A stretch of 64,000 nucleotides of DNA, taken from assembly GCF_009914755.1 (NCBI RefSeq), contig NC_060936.1; one strand, given 5' to 3'. Position numbers and translations under genes: made by a program. This DNA comes from the human T2T-CHM13v2.0 reference genome, Homo sapiens. Positions within the stretch are counted from its first letter, which is position 1. Each line of letters begins with the position of its first letter. The notes under the pieces were generated by a model. That model did not search any database. It had not been told where the DNA came from and saw nothing but the letters and a program-made list of their open reading frames with translations. Positions 14,010 to 24,640 of this stretch are shown in pieces.

Positions 14010-15335
14010 CTGCGCCAACTGGAGGTGTGTAGCTGTGTGAAGGAGCTGGGACTGCCGGTGCTGGAACTGCTGCTGGTGGTGGATGGCAATCTGCTGCTGG
14101 ATCACCACCTGTTTCTGCTGGAGGTGGATCTGTTGCTGTTGCTGAATCAGTGAATGGGGCTGGATCTGTGTGTAGGTGGCTGAGCTAATAAGTGTCTGGC
14201 TGGGCGCAGGTGTGGCTGTCCGTGTCAGGTTCATGCCCACATTCTGCTGGCCACTCCCATCTGCTTCTGCCTTCTTGGCTGCTGCACTTTCTGCCTCTGT
14301 CTGGCTGCCCTGGCTCACAGTCACTGTTTGGGCTGCAGGCAAGGGCTGCACTACTCCTGTACCCTTCCTGGGACAGCTCCCACCACCCATTCCTGAGGAA
14401 GGCAACTGACCCAAACCACCATGTGCCTGCCCACCTCCACCTGGACCCATGGACCCTGGGATGCTATTCCCACTGCCTCCACCAGCTTGACTAAGGTTGA
14501 GGGACTGGTTTGTGGCCCCAGAGGAAGCCTGTGCCACCGCTAGGGCCTGGCTAGAGGCCTGGGAGAGGCTAGAGACAGGGGAGGCTCCTGGAGGAATGGC
14601 CTTCTGAGTGGAGCCTTGCATCTGAGGTCCTTGAGCTGAGGCCTGTTGATTCCTTACTGCCAAGTTCTGAACCTGATCTGCATCTGCATGAACTCCAGGA
14701 GACTGAGCAGATGGCACCTCCTGCTGGACTGCAGCCACTGCCCCATTAGGCATCAGGATGAGTTGGGAGGCTAGAGGCACATTCCGACCCAGGGTTCGGT
14801 TTACCTGCAATAGGTTTCCCAGCTGTGGCCGTAGATACATCTGGGCCTGAGACTGGTTGAGGGGTGGGGAGGTGGTGTTCCCCAGTAGCACAGATTGGGT
14901 CAAGGTGGTAGCACTGGGAGAGCTCACACTCTGGGATCGGCTGATGAGCTGGGCGGCCGATGTGGTGGCCAGATTGATCGAGGCCTGGGTGGTGGTAGTC
15001 TGCTGCTGTGTAGTGCTGGTGTTTGGGGAGCTGGCCTGCCGACTGGCAGCAATTGTGGCCTGTAGTGCCTGTCCCCTCCCTCTCGGGCCAGCTGGCTGCT
15101 GACCTCTCACCTGCTGGACGGCAGCCAGGCTATGCAGCTGGGCATTACTGAGCTGCTGCTGGAGCATGAACTGGTGGAAATACTGAGCTGCATTGGGCTG
15201 CCGCTGCAGTGCTTGCAGAGCCTGCACTGCTTGTCGTTCATATAGTGACATTTGAGCTATCTGGGGCCGAGAGCTGCCCCCTGAGCTAGAACTCCCATTG
15301 GTGGAATTGGAGTTCTGCTCGCTCGCAGTCTCCAT
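12270..15335 (-). CDS. PHC1P1: Intact ORF (1021 aa) for a PHC1-like protein: Q-rich N-terminus, HD1, FCS zinc finger, SAM domain
   Basis: ATG at 15335 in strong Kozak context (ACTATCATGG); HD1 (PQILTHIIEGFVIQEGAEPFPV), FCS (CEYCGK...RFCSMTCAKRY), SAM (WSVEEVYEFI...EIDGQALLLL...KLGPALKI); no stops or frameshifts. The ORF-track start at 15428 is a GTG. Translation is not demonstrated. Confidence 0.7.
13968..14012 (-). repeat. CAG/CAA repeat encoding 15 glutamines
   Basis: CTG/TTG triplets on the + strand. Confidence 0.9.
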
Positions 15336-15399
15336 GATAGTGGTCCAGGGTCCCCAAGGCTGGTGCTCTGTCTGACTCAAGACCTTCTCGCCTGGCTGT

Positions 15400-15701
15400 G
15401 CACCCAAGTCTTCCCCGGGGGCGTCCACCTCATGTGCCGGGGTCCCCAGTCGCCAGGCTGGGCTGGGGGCTCGCTCGGCCTCCGCGGCGGGCTCCCCTCG
15501 CCTCCTCCCCTTCCTGGAGGGGCGGGGGCGCCGAGGGCGGGGTGGGAGGCGCCCGGCGCGACCGCGGCTCCCCGCCCCTCCCGCCGCTCCGGGTGCGGGC
15601 CCGGCCGCGGCTCAGCCAGGCCTCCGGGGCTCGCTCCGGGCCTGTCACTTCCTGCCCGGCCGAGAAGGTGGGGGCCGCAGGCCAGGGGCTGCGGTCCGGG
15701 C
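15400..15701 (-). promoter_or_regulatory. CpG-island-like 5' segment with GC boxes and an ETS-like site
   Basis: Very GC/CpG-rich; GGGGCGGGG at 15519-15527, CCCGCCCC at 15571-15578, CACTTCCTG (CAGGAAGTG on -) at 15646-15654. Confidence 0.55.
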
Positions 15702-15714
15702 TGAGCATTTTTTC
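15702..15714. repeat. Target-site duplication, right copy (TGAGCATTTTTTC)
   Basis: Identical to 10228-10240. Confidence 0.95.
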
Positions 15715-18700
15715 ATATGCTTGTTGGCCACATGTATGTCTTCTTTTGAAAAGTATCTGTTCATGTCCTTTGCCCACTTTTTAATGGGGTTGTTTGTTTT
15801 TTTGTAGTAAGTTTGTTTAAGTTCCTTACAGATGCTGGATATTAGACCTTTGTCAGCTGCTTAGTTTGTGAGAATTTTCTCCCACTCTATAGGCTGTCTG
15901 TTAACTCTACTGATAGTTTCTCTTGCTATGCAGAAGCTCTTTGGTTTAATTAGGTCCCATTTGTCAATTTTTACTTTTGTTGCAATTTCTTTTGGCAACT
16001 TTGTCATGAAATCTTTGCTAAGTCCTGTATCCAGAATGATATTTCCTAGATTTTCCAGGGCTTTTATAGTTTTAGGTATTATATTTATGTCTTTAATCTA
16101 TCTTGAGTTGATTTTTGTATATGGTGTAAGGAAGGGAGCTAGTTTCAATCTTCCACATATGGCTAGCCAGTTATCCCAGCACCATTTATTAAATACTGAG
16201 TTCTTTCCCCATTGCATATTTTTGTCAATTATGTTGAATGTCAGATGGTTGCAGGTATGCAGCCTCATTTCTGGGCTGTCTATTTTGCTTCATTGGTCTA
16301 CGTATCTGTTTTTGTTCCAGTACCATGCTATTTTGGTTACTGTATCCTTGGAGTATAGTTTGAAGCCAGGTAATGTGATACCTCCAGCTTTATTCTTTTT
16401 GCTTAGGATTGCCTGGGCTATTCAGACTCTTTTTTAGTTCCATGTGAATTTTAAAATAGGTTTGTTGTAATTCTATGGAGAATGTCATTGGTAGTTTGAT
16501 AGTAACAGCATTGAATCTATAAATTGCTTTCAGAAGTATGGTCATTTAAAAATATTGATTCCTTCTATCCATTAATATGGAATGGTTTTCCATTTATTTG
16601 TGTCATCTCTGATTTCTTTGAGCAGTGGTTTGTAATTCTCATTGTAGAGGTCTTTCACCTCCTTGGTGGGCTATATTCCTAGGTACTTTATTCTTTTTGT
16701 GGCTATTTTGAATGGGATTGTGTTTTTAATTTTGCTTTCTGCTTGAATATTATTGGTTTATAGAAATGTTACTGATTTTTGTATACTGCATTTGTATCCT
16801 GAAACTTTGCTCAGATTGTTTATCAGCTGAAGGAACTTTTGGGAAGTGATTATGGCATTTCCTATGTACGGAATCATATCATTTACAAACAGAGATAGTT
16901 CGACTTCCTCTCTTCCTATTTGGATGTCTTTTATTTCTTTCTCTTGCCTGATTGCTCTGGCTAGGTTTTCCGGTACTACGTGGAATAGAAGTGGTGAAAG
17001 AAGGCATCCTTGTCTTGTTCATATTTTCAAGGGAATGCTTCCAGCTTTTGCCCATTTAGCATAATATTGGCTGTTGGTTTTTCACAGACGGCTGTTGTTA
17101 TTTTGAAGTATGTGTGTTCGTTGCTTAGTTTGTTGCGGGATTGTAAATTATAGAGAAGATGATTTCTATCAAAAGCCTTTTCTGCATCTACTGAGATGAT
17201 CATGTGGTTTTTGCTTTTAGTTCTGCTCATGTGGTGAATCACATTAATTGATTTGTGTATGTCGAACCAATTTTGCATCCCAGGAATAAAGCCTACTTGA
17301 TCGTGGTGGATTAGCTTTTCAATATGCTGCTGGATTTGGTTTACTAGTATTTTGTTTTGTGTTTATCCATCTATGTTAATCAAGGATATTGACCTTAAGT
17401 TTTCTTTTTTTGTTGTTATCTCTGGTAGGTTTTGGTATCAGGATGATGCTGGCCTCATAGAATAAGTTAGAGAGGACTCCTTCCTACTCAATTATTTGGA
17501 ATAGTTTCAGCAGGAATACTAACAGCTGTTTATTACACATTTGGTAAAATTCAGCTGTGAATCTCTCTGTTCCTGGGCTTTTTCTGGTTGGTAGTCTTTT
17601 TATTACTGATTCAATTTCAGAGCGCAGTGTTGTTCTCTTCAGGGATTCAATTTCTTCCTGGTTCATTCTTTGGAGGTTGTATGTGTCCAGGAATTTATCC
17701 AGTTCTTCTAGTTTTTCAAGCTTGTGCACATAGAGATGTTCATAATAGTCTCTGATGGGTTTTTGTATTTCTGTAGGGTCAGCAGTAGTGTCCCTTTTGT
17801 CATTTCTGATTGTGTTTCTTTGGATCTTCTCTCTCTTTTACATTAGTGTAGCTAGTGGTCTATCTTATTAATTTGTTCAAAACACCAGCTCCTGGAGTCA
17901 TTGATCTTTTGTATGGATTTTCATGTCTCAATTTCCTTCAGTTTAGCAATGATTTTAGTTATTTTTTTTCTGCTAGCCTTGGGATTAGGGTTGGTTTGTT
18001 CTTTCTCTAGTTTCTCTATTTGTGATGCTTAGGTTGTTAATTTGAAATCTTTCTAACTTTTTGATATGGTCATTTAGTGCTATAAACTTCCCTATTAACA
18101 CTGCGTTGACTGTGTCCCAGAGATTCTGGTATGTTGTGTCTTTTTTGTCATTATTTTCCGAGAATTTCTTTATTTCTGCCTTAATTTCATTATTTACCCA
18201 GAAGTCACTTAGAAGCAGTTTGTTTAATTTCCATGTAATTTTATGGTTTTGAGTGGTTTTCTTAGTATTTATTTCTATTTTACTGCACTGTGGTCTGAAA
18301 GCATGTTTTGTAAGATTTTTTTTTAATTTATTGAGGATTGTTTTAGACCTGATGTGTGGTCATTTTTGGAGTATGTGCCATGTGCAGGTGAGAAGAATGT
18401 ATATTCTGCTCTTTTGGGATAGATGTAGATGTCCATTTGGTCAAATGCTGAGTTTAATACTATCAGTGGGGTGTTAAAAGTCTCCCACCATTATTGGCTG
18501 GTTATCTAAGTCTCTTCGTGAGTCTCTAACAACTTGCTTTATGAATCTGGGTGCTCCTGTGTTGGGTATATATATATATATATTCATGATAGTTAGGTCA
18601 TCTTGTTGAATTGAGCCCTTACTATTGTGTAATGCCCTTCTTTTACTTTTTTATCTTGATTTAAAGTCTGTTTTGTCTGAAATTAGAATAGCAACCTTTG

Positions 18701-20218
18701 CCTTTTTATATTTTCCTTTTGCTTGTTAGATTTTTCTTCATCCCTTTATTTCGAGTCTATGGGTGTCATTGCATCTGAGATGGGTATCTTGAAGATAGTA
18801 AACCATTGGGTTTTCATTGAGGCATTTAGCCCATTTACATTCAAGGTTAGTATTGATACATGCAGATTTGATCCCATCATCATGTTGTTAGCTGGTTATC
18901 ATGCAGAATTGTTTGTGTGGCTGCATTATAGTGTCACTGGTCTAGGTACTTAAGTGTGATGCCAGTAATGGTCTTTCTTTTGTAGTTGCCAGTAATGGTC
19001 TTTTCCATAGTTAGCACTCCCTTCAGGACTTCTTCCAAGGCAGGTCTGATGTTGATGAATTCCCTCTGCATTTGCTTGTCTGAAAGGGCCTTATTTCTTT
19101 CACTTATTAACATTAGTTTGGCTGGACATGAAATTCTTGTTTGTAAATTCTTTTATTTAAGGGTTCTGAATATAGGCCTCTAATCTCTTCTGGCTTGTAG
19201 AGTTTCTGCTGACAGTTCTGCTGTTAGCCTGATATAATTCCCTTTGTATATTACCTGCCTCTTCCTAGCTGCCTTTAACATTTTTCTCTCATTTTGACCT
19301 TGAAGAATCTAATAGCTATGTGTCTTGGGGTTATCTTCTTGTGTAGTATTTCACAGAGGTTCTCTGCATTTCCTGAATTTGAATGTTGGCCTCTGTAGTG
19401 AGTTTGGGGAAATTTTCATGGATAATATTCTGAAATATGTTTTCCAAGTTGCTAGGTTTCTCTCCCTCTCTTTCATGGATGCCAATGAGTCATAGATTTG
19501 GTCTCTTTACATAATCCCATATTTCTCATAGGTTTTGTTTATTCCTTTTTATTGTTTTTCCTTTATTTCTCTCTGACTTAGTCATTTTGGAGAGCCAGTC
19601 TTCAAGCTCTGATATTCTTTACTCAGTTTGTTCAATTTTCCTGTTAATACTTGCAATTGCACTACGAAATTCTTCTAGTATGTTTTTCAGCTCTATCAGA
19701 TAAGTTTGATTCTTTCTTATAATGTCCATTTGGCTATCACCTCTTGTATTGTTTTCTTGTAATCCTTAGATATCTTGGATTGGGTCTCAAGTATCTCCTG
19801 TATTTTAATGATCTTCATTCCTTTCCATAGTCTGCATTTTATTTCTGCCATTTCAGCCATTTCATCCTGGTTAAGAATCATTACTGGAAATATTATTATG
19901 GTTGTTTGGAGGTAAGATGATACTCTGGCTTTTTGAGTTGCCACAGTTTTTGTGCCAGTTCTTTCTCATTTGTGTGGGCTGATGTTTCTTTAATCTTTGA
20001 AGTTAGTATCCTTTGGATGGTTTGCTTTGCTTTTTTCACCTTTGATGCCCTTGGGAGTTTGATTATGGTATAAGGTGAACTCGGTTGACTGGCTTTGATT
20101 CTAGTCTGCTCCTGGGTTGTGGAAAAGCCCCCTCTGATTACTGTCTCTGTGCTCACATTGGTTTTGTTGGGTGTTCTAGTCAACAGGAATCACTTAGGCA
20201 GCACCTGCAGTTGGCATA

Positions 20219-20598
20219 TATATTAGTCCATTCTCACACTGCTATAAAGACATACCTGAGACTGGGTAATTTATAAAGGAAAGAGGTTTAATTAAGTCAC
20301 ATTTCCACATGGCTGGAGAAGCCTCAGGACGCTTACAATCATAGTGGAAGGTGAGAGAGAAGCATGTCTTACATGGTGGAAAATGAGAGAGTTGCAAACA
20401 AGAGCAGGGAAAACTGCCTTATAAAACCATCAGATCTCATGAAAACTCACCGGCTATCATGAGAACATCATGGGGGAAACCACCCTAATGATCCAATTAC
20501 CTCCACCTGTTTTCTCCCTTGACATGTGGGGGTTATGGGAACTAGGGATTATAATTTAAGATGATATTTGGGTGGGAACGTAAGGCCTACCCATATGA
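20219..20598 (-). mobile_element. ERVL-MaLR solo LTR (THE1/MST family)
   Basis: TATTAGTCCATTCTCACACTGCTATAAAGACATACCTGAGACTGGGTAATTTATAAAG...GATATTTGGGTGGG. Confidence 0.88.
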
Positions 20599-21509
20599 AA
20601 ATACAAGCCATGTCCTTGCCAGTGTGGCCCTAATCTGCTGTCTATGTATTTCCCGGGGAAACATGGTGTTGGGCCTGCCTGCAGAGTTTGGGGGAAATGG
20701 GACCACTGGGTTGGAAGTTCTAGTGGGTGTGGTCTATCTGGCTAGAAGAGGCAGAGGAGGGTGGAGTTGCCCACCCTGCCACTTGAGTGTTTGCACAGTA
20801 ACAGTAGGCTACCCCCTTCTGCAAATTCAGGCAGAAGTAGGACTGCTGGGCTGGTAGCTCTAGCTCCCCACCATAGGCCCAATAGAAGCCACACTTGTGG
20901 TACTTGGGAGCAGTAAGATTGCCAGACTTTCACTGTCAGATGGGGCTTGGTGCCAGCTTCCAGCCCAGTGGTCTTGCTTTGGCCTGAACTGGGCTAGCCA
21001 TTCCACCTACCCCCACCACTGGTAGCCAGGCAAGCAATACTTGCTAGAGCTTCCAGCCCAGCAATCCCATGTTTGTGTAAACTCAACTGGAGGGCACAAC
21101 CTCCTGTTGTCCTGGGAAACACCCAAACACCATAGCACATGACTTCACCTGCCCCTGCCACTGGTAGCTAGGCAGACAATGGTAGCTAGGCAGACAATGT
21201 TAGCAAGAGTTTCTGGGCCAGTGGCTCCTCTTCTGTGTGAACTCAGTTGGAGGGCATAGCTTCCTATTGCCTGGGGAAACAGCCAGATGGCTGAGTGGTA
21301 ACCAGGTAATCCTGCCACCAGTAACAAGGTGGGCAGTGCCTGCTAGTTTCTGGCCCAGTGGCCACAGAGCACATCTTCCTGTTGTCCTGGGAAACAGTCA
21401 GATGGCAGAGCATGTGACCCCATCTGCCACTACTACTCGTGGGCAGGTTGGCAACATGTACTAGAGCTTCCAGCCCAGCAGCCCTGCTTCTGCGTGAACT
21501 CAATGGAAG

Positions 21510-21708
21510 TATACCATTAGCTCTCCTGGGTCTCCAGCTTGTCAACTGCAGCTCTTAGAACTTTTTAGCATCCACAATTGTGTGAACAAATTTCTTATAA
21601 TAAATAAATAAATCTATCTATTTATCTATCTATCTGTCATCTATCTACCTATCTACTCATCCATCCATCCTATTGGTTCTGTTTCTCTAGAGAAGCCTGA
21701 CTAATACA
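21510..21708 (+). mobile_element. MLT2-type LTR 3' fragment with (TATC/TCCA)n
   Basis: Ends CCTATTGGTTCTGTTTCTCTAGAGAAGCCTGACTAATACA, the typical MLT2 terminus. Confidence 0.75.
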
Positions 21709-22713
21709 ACTGTATTTTCTCTAATGTCTCTTTTTTTCTAATAGGTGCAGACACACATATTTATATTGAACACATTAACTCATACTAAGTAAAGACTTAG
21801 ATCCCACGACATTCATGAACATGAGCTATTTTAGGTTCTTATTAAGGGATTGACAATTGAGGATGATAAAAAATATATATATTTAATACTATGAGGTGAC
21901 ATAATGAGTTTTTACCCATTATTTCAAGTAAATTATTACTTATTTAGATAAGGAAATAACCAATAACTCTTGGAATTTGAGTGTAACATGTGAAGCTTGG
22001 CTGAGTTCTGCATTTACTTACACATTATCACTTATGTGGATGAGGAATTTGTCGTGTTCTTGATGTGGACTACAAAAGGATACCAAATGGGATATTAAGG
22101 ACTTGACTTTTGTATTCCAAATTTTTATCACTGAGCATTAAACAGATGTACTTATTATAAACAAAGTAGAAAGAAAGGATTATAATCACAGTTTACTCTG
22201 GTACAAAGGCAAAAATGCATATCACAGTAAACTATAGATCTTTTTAAAAGTTTGCACTACAGCAAGGCCACCACCAAATAAAAACAGTAATTCCAGTGAA
22301 ATTCACAGCAAACTTACGTCTACTTTACCGTGTAGAGGTAGATCTACCTCTTTACTGTCTAGTAGATTTACCTCTATACCAATTACTACTGTGTAGTAGA
22401 TTTACCTCTATACCAATTTCTTTCTTTCCCTTATACTTTGTGTACTTTTCCTTATAAATTCTCTCTATTTTATTTCCTAACATAATGGCCTTCTTTTGAG
22501 TACAGGCTTCCCAGTCAAGAAATGTCTTAAACTTGACCATGTCTAACAAACTGAAATCATTCAATATTTTCTTAATAATATGAAAATTATGCAAGTATTT
22601 CATGCTTTTAAATCAGTGTTGAATTTCTCAAAAAATAGTGCCTTAATGTTTTATACTTATGTGTAAAATTTCTCTAGAATCAAGAAACAGGACATTTATT
22701 CTAAATCTTCTAG

Positions 22714-23073
<360 letters not shown>

Positions 23074-23792
23074 CATCTTTTTTATATGTGTTTATTTGCA
23101 TAATGCAAATAAAAACCATCATACTTCCTTCTTAGAAACATATTTAACAATTTATAAAAAATGGAAAATTTACCAAGGTATCAATAAATAATAGGGAAAA
23201 AGAGAAATAATTATACTACCAGGTATCAAATTGAAGGATAAACAACCACAATAAATATTCTGAAATCAGTAAGACATTATCAAAATAGAATCAATATCCC
23301 AGAAGCAGGCACATAATCCCTGTTTTATTCTCTATTACACTAGGAAGGATTAAAGGTATTAATCTTTTATAAGCTGAATTTATATTAAAATAATCATTTT
23401 TATAGAAACAGGTAAGGCAAACAAACAGTTCTCTAGGAAAACACAGAGATATTTATGAACATTTTAATTGTGCAAAGTTGTGGCTCAGTAACTCATTTGA
23501 GAAAACTTACAATCAAGGGATAATAGAACAATAATGCCAAGATGCATTTGTGTGTCTATGCATTCTAATATTATTTATAATAAGGAATATTTTCAAAGAT
23601 TGGTACGTTCAGCAAAGAATAATTTTATTCATTATGGCATATCCATACAATGAAACCATATTTAGTCATTAAAATGGATGTTGTAATTGTCTAAGCTAAT
23701 ATTAAATGGTTAACTATTGCTTAGAGACAAATGGAAGATTTTCTATTTGGGTATCAATGCTTAAAAATATATTACTAAGTGTCAAAGACAGG

Positions 23793-24156
23793 TGATATCG
23801 TTTGGCTGTGTCCCCACCCAAATCTCATCTTGAATTGTAGTTCCCATAATCCCCATGGGTCATGGGAGGGACCTGGTCGGAGGTAACTGAATCATGGGGG
23901 CAGTTTTTTCCCATGCTGTTCTCATGATAGTGAATGAATCTCATCAGATCTGATGATTTTATAAATGGCAGTTCCCCTGCACACAATCTCTTGCCTGCCA
24001 CCATGTAAGATATGCCTTTGCTCCTCCTTCGCCTTCTGCCATGATTGTGAGGCCTCCCCAGCCATGTGGAACTGTGAGTCTGTTCAACCTCTTTTTCTTT
24101 ATAAATTACCCAGTCTCAGGTATTTCTTCATAGCAGTATGAAAATGGACTGATAGA
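23793..24156 (+). mobile_element. THE1 (C/D-like) solo LTR
   Basis: TGATATCGTTTGGCTGTGTCCCCACCCAAATCTCATCTTGAATTG...AAATGGACTGATAGA; 5-bp TSD ACAGG/GCAGG. Confidence 0.92.
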
Positions 24157-24459
24157 GCAGGTGTCCACAATTAAAATGTATGTGGAGTAGTATACATCAA
24201 ATTGGTAACAGTGGTTATCTCTGCACATAAACATTTGAATATATGTTAACATCACATGAAGGCATCTTTTTCAAATAAAAAGATTCATGTTGTGATCTTT
24301 TTATTAAATTATATTTGTCTCTACAGTTGTGATAAAGTCTATAATAAATCAATGACTGAGTTTTTATTACTGAAGTACTATTACTGTTTATGCAAATGTA
24401 ATTTAAATATCCTGGTTTCCACTTATATAACATATTCAACAAGAAGATACTATTTTTTA

Positions 24460-24640
24460 AGCCAGGAACAATGGTACACACCTGCAGCTCCAGCTACTCA
24501 GGAGCTTGATGCAGGAAGTTCATTTGAGGCCAAGAGTTCAAGGCTGCAATCCTGCCTATGAATAGCTACTGCACTTCAGCTTGGGCAACATAGTGAGACC
24601 TCCTCTCATAAAAAACATGTAATTATTTTTTCAAAAAAAG
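24460..24640 (+). mobile_element. Free Alu monomer (FAM-like)
   Basis: Single Alu arm containing CCTATGAATAGCTACTGCAC; flanked by near-duplicates AAGAAGATAC(T/C)ATTTT. Confidence 0.7.

Larger units (their letters stand above)
10241..15701 (-). pseudogene. PHC1P1: Full-length processed retrocopy of PHC1 mRNA (~366-nt 5' UTR, CDS, ~2.0-kb 3' UTR, poly(A))
   Basis: Intronless; 25-nt T run at 10241-10265; ATTAAA (- strand, 10281-10286) 15 nt before the tail; perfect 13-bp TSD; encodes polyhomeotic-like protein 1. Confidence 0.93.
9625..21505 (-). mobile_element. Near full-length decayed L1 (L1PA15/16-like); host of the PHC1 retrocopy and a MaLR LTR; distal 5' region inverted
   Basis: Antisense L1 3' UTR at 9.63-9.9 kb; ORF2 remnants (17027-17278 [13 protein letters not shown]...AEKAFD; 17484-17729); ORF1 remnants ~19.0-20.0 kb; L1 sequence reads continuously across the PHC1 TSD. 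Confidence 0.85.

Noticed and set aside
12280-15784. Several + strand ORFs antisense to the PHC1 ORF, and 15430-15777 on -
   Set aside because: Shadow ORFs of GC-rich coding sequence or chance L1/5' UTR junction frames, with no recognisable domains
15868-16437. 189-aa hydrophobic ORF resembling a membrane protein
   Set aside because: Antisense reading of L1 ORF2, which is T-rich on this strand
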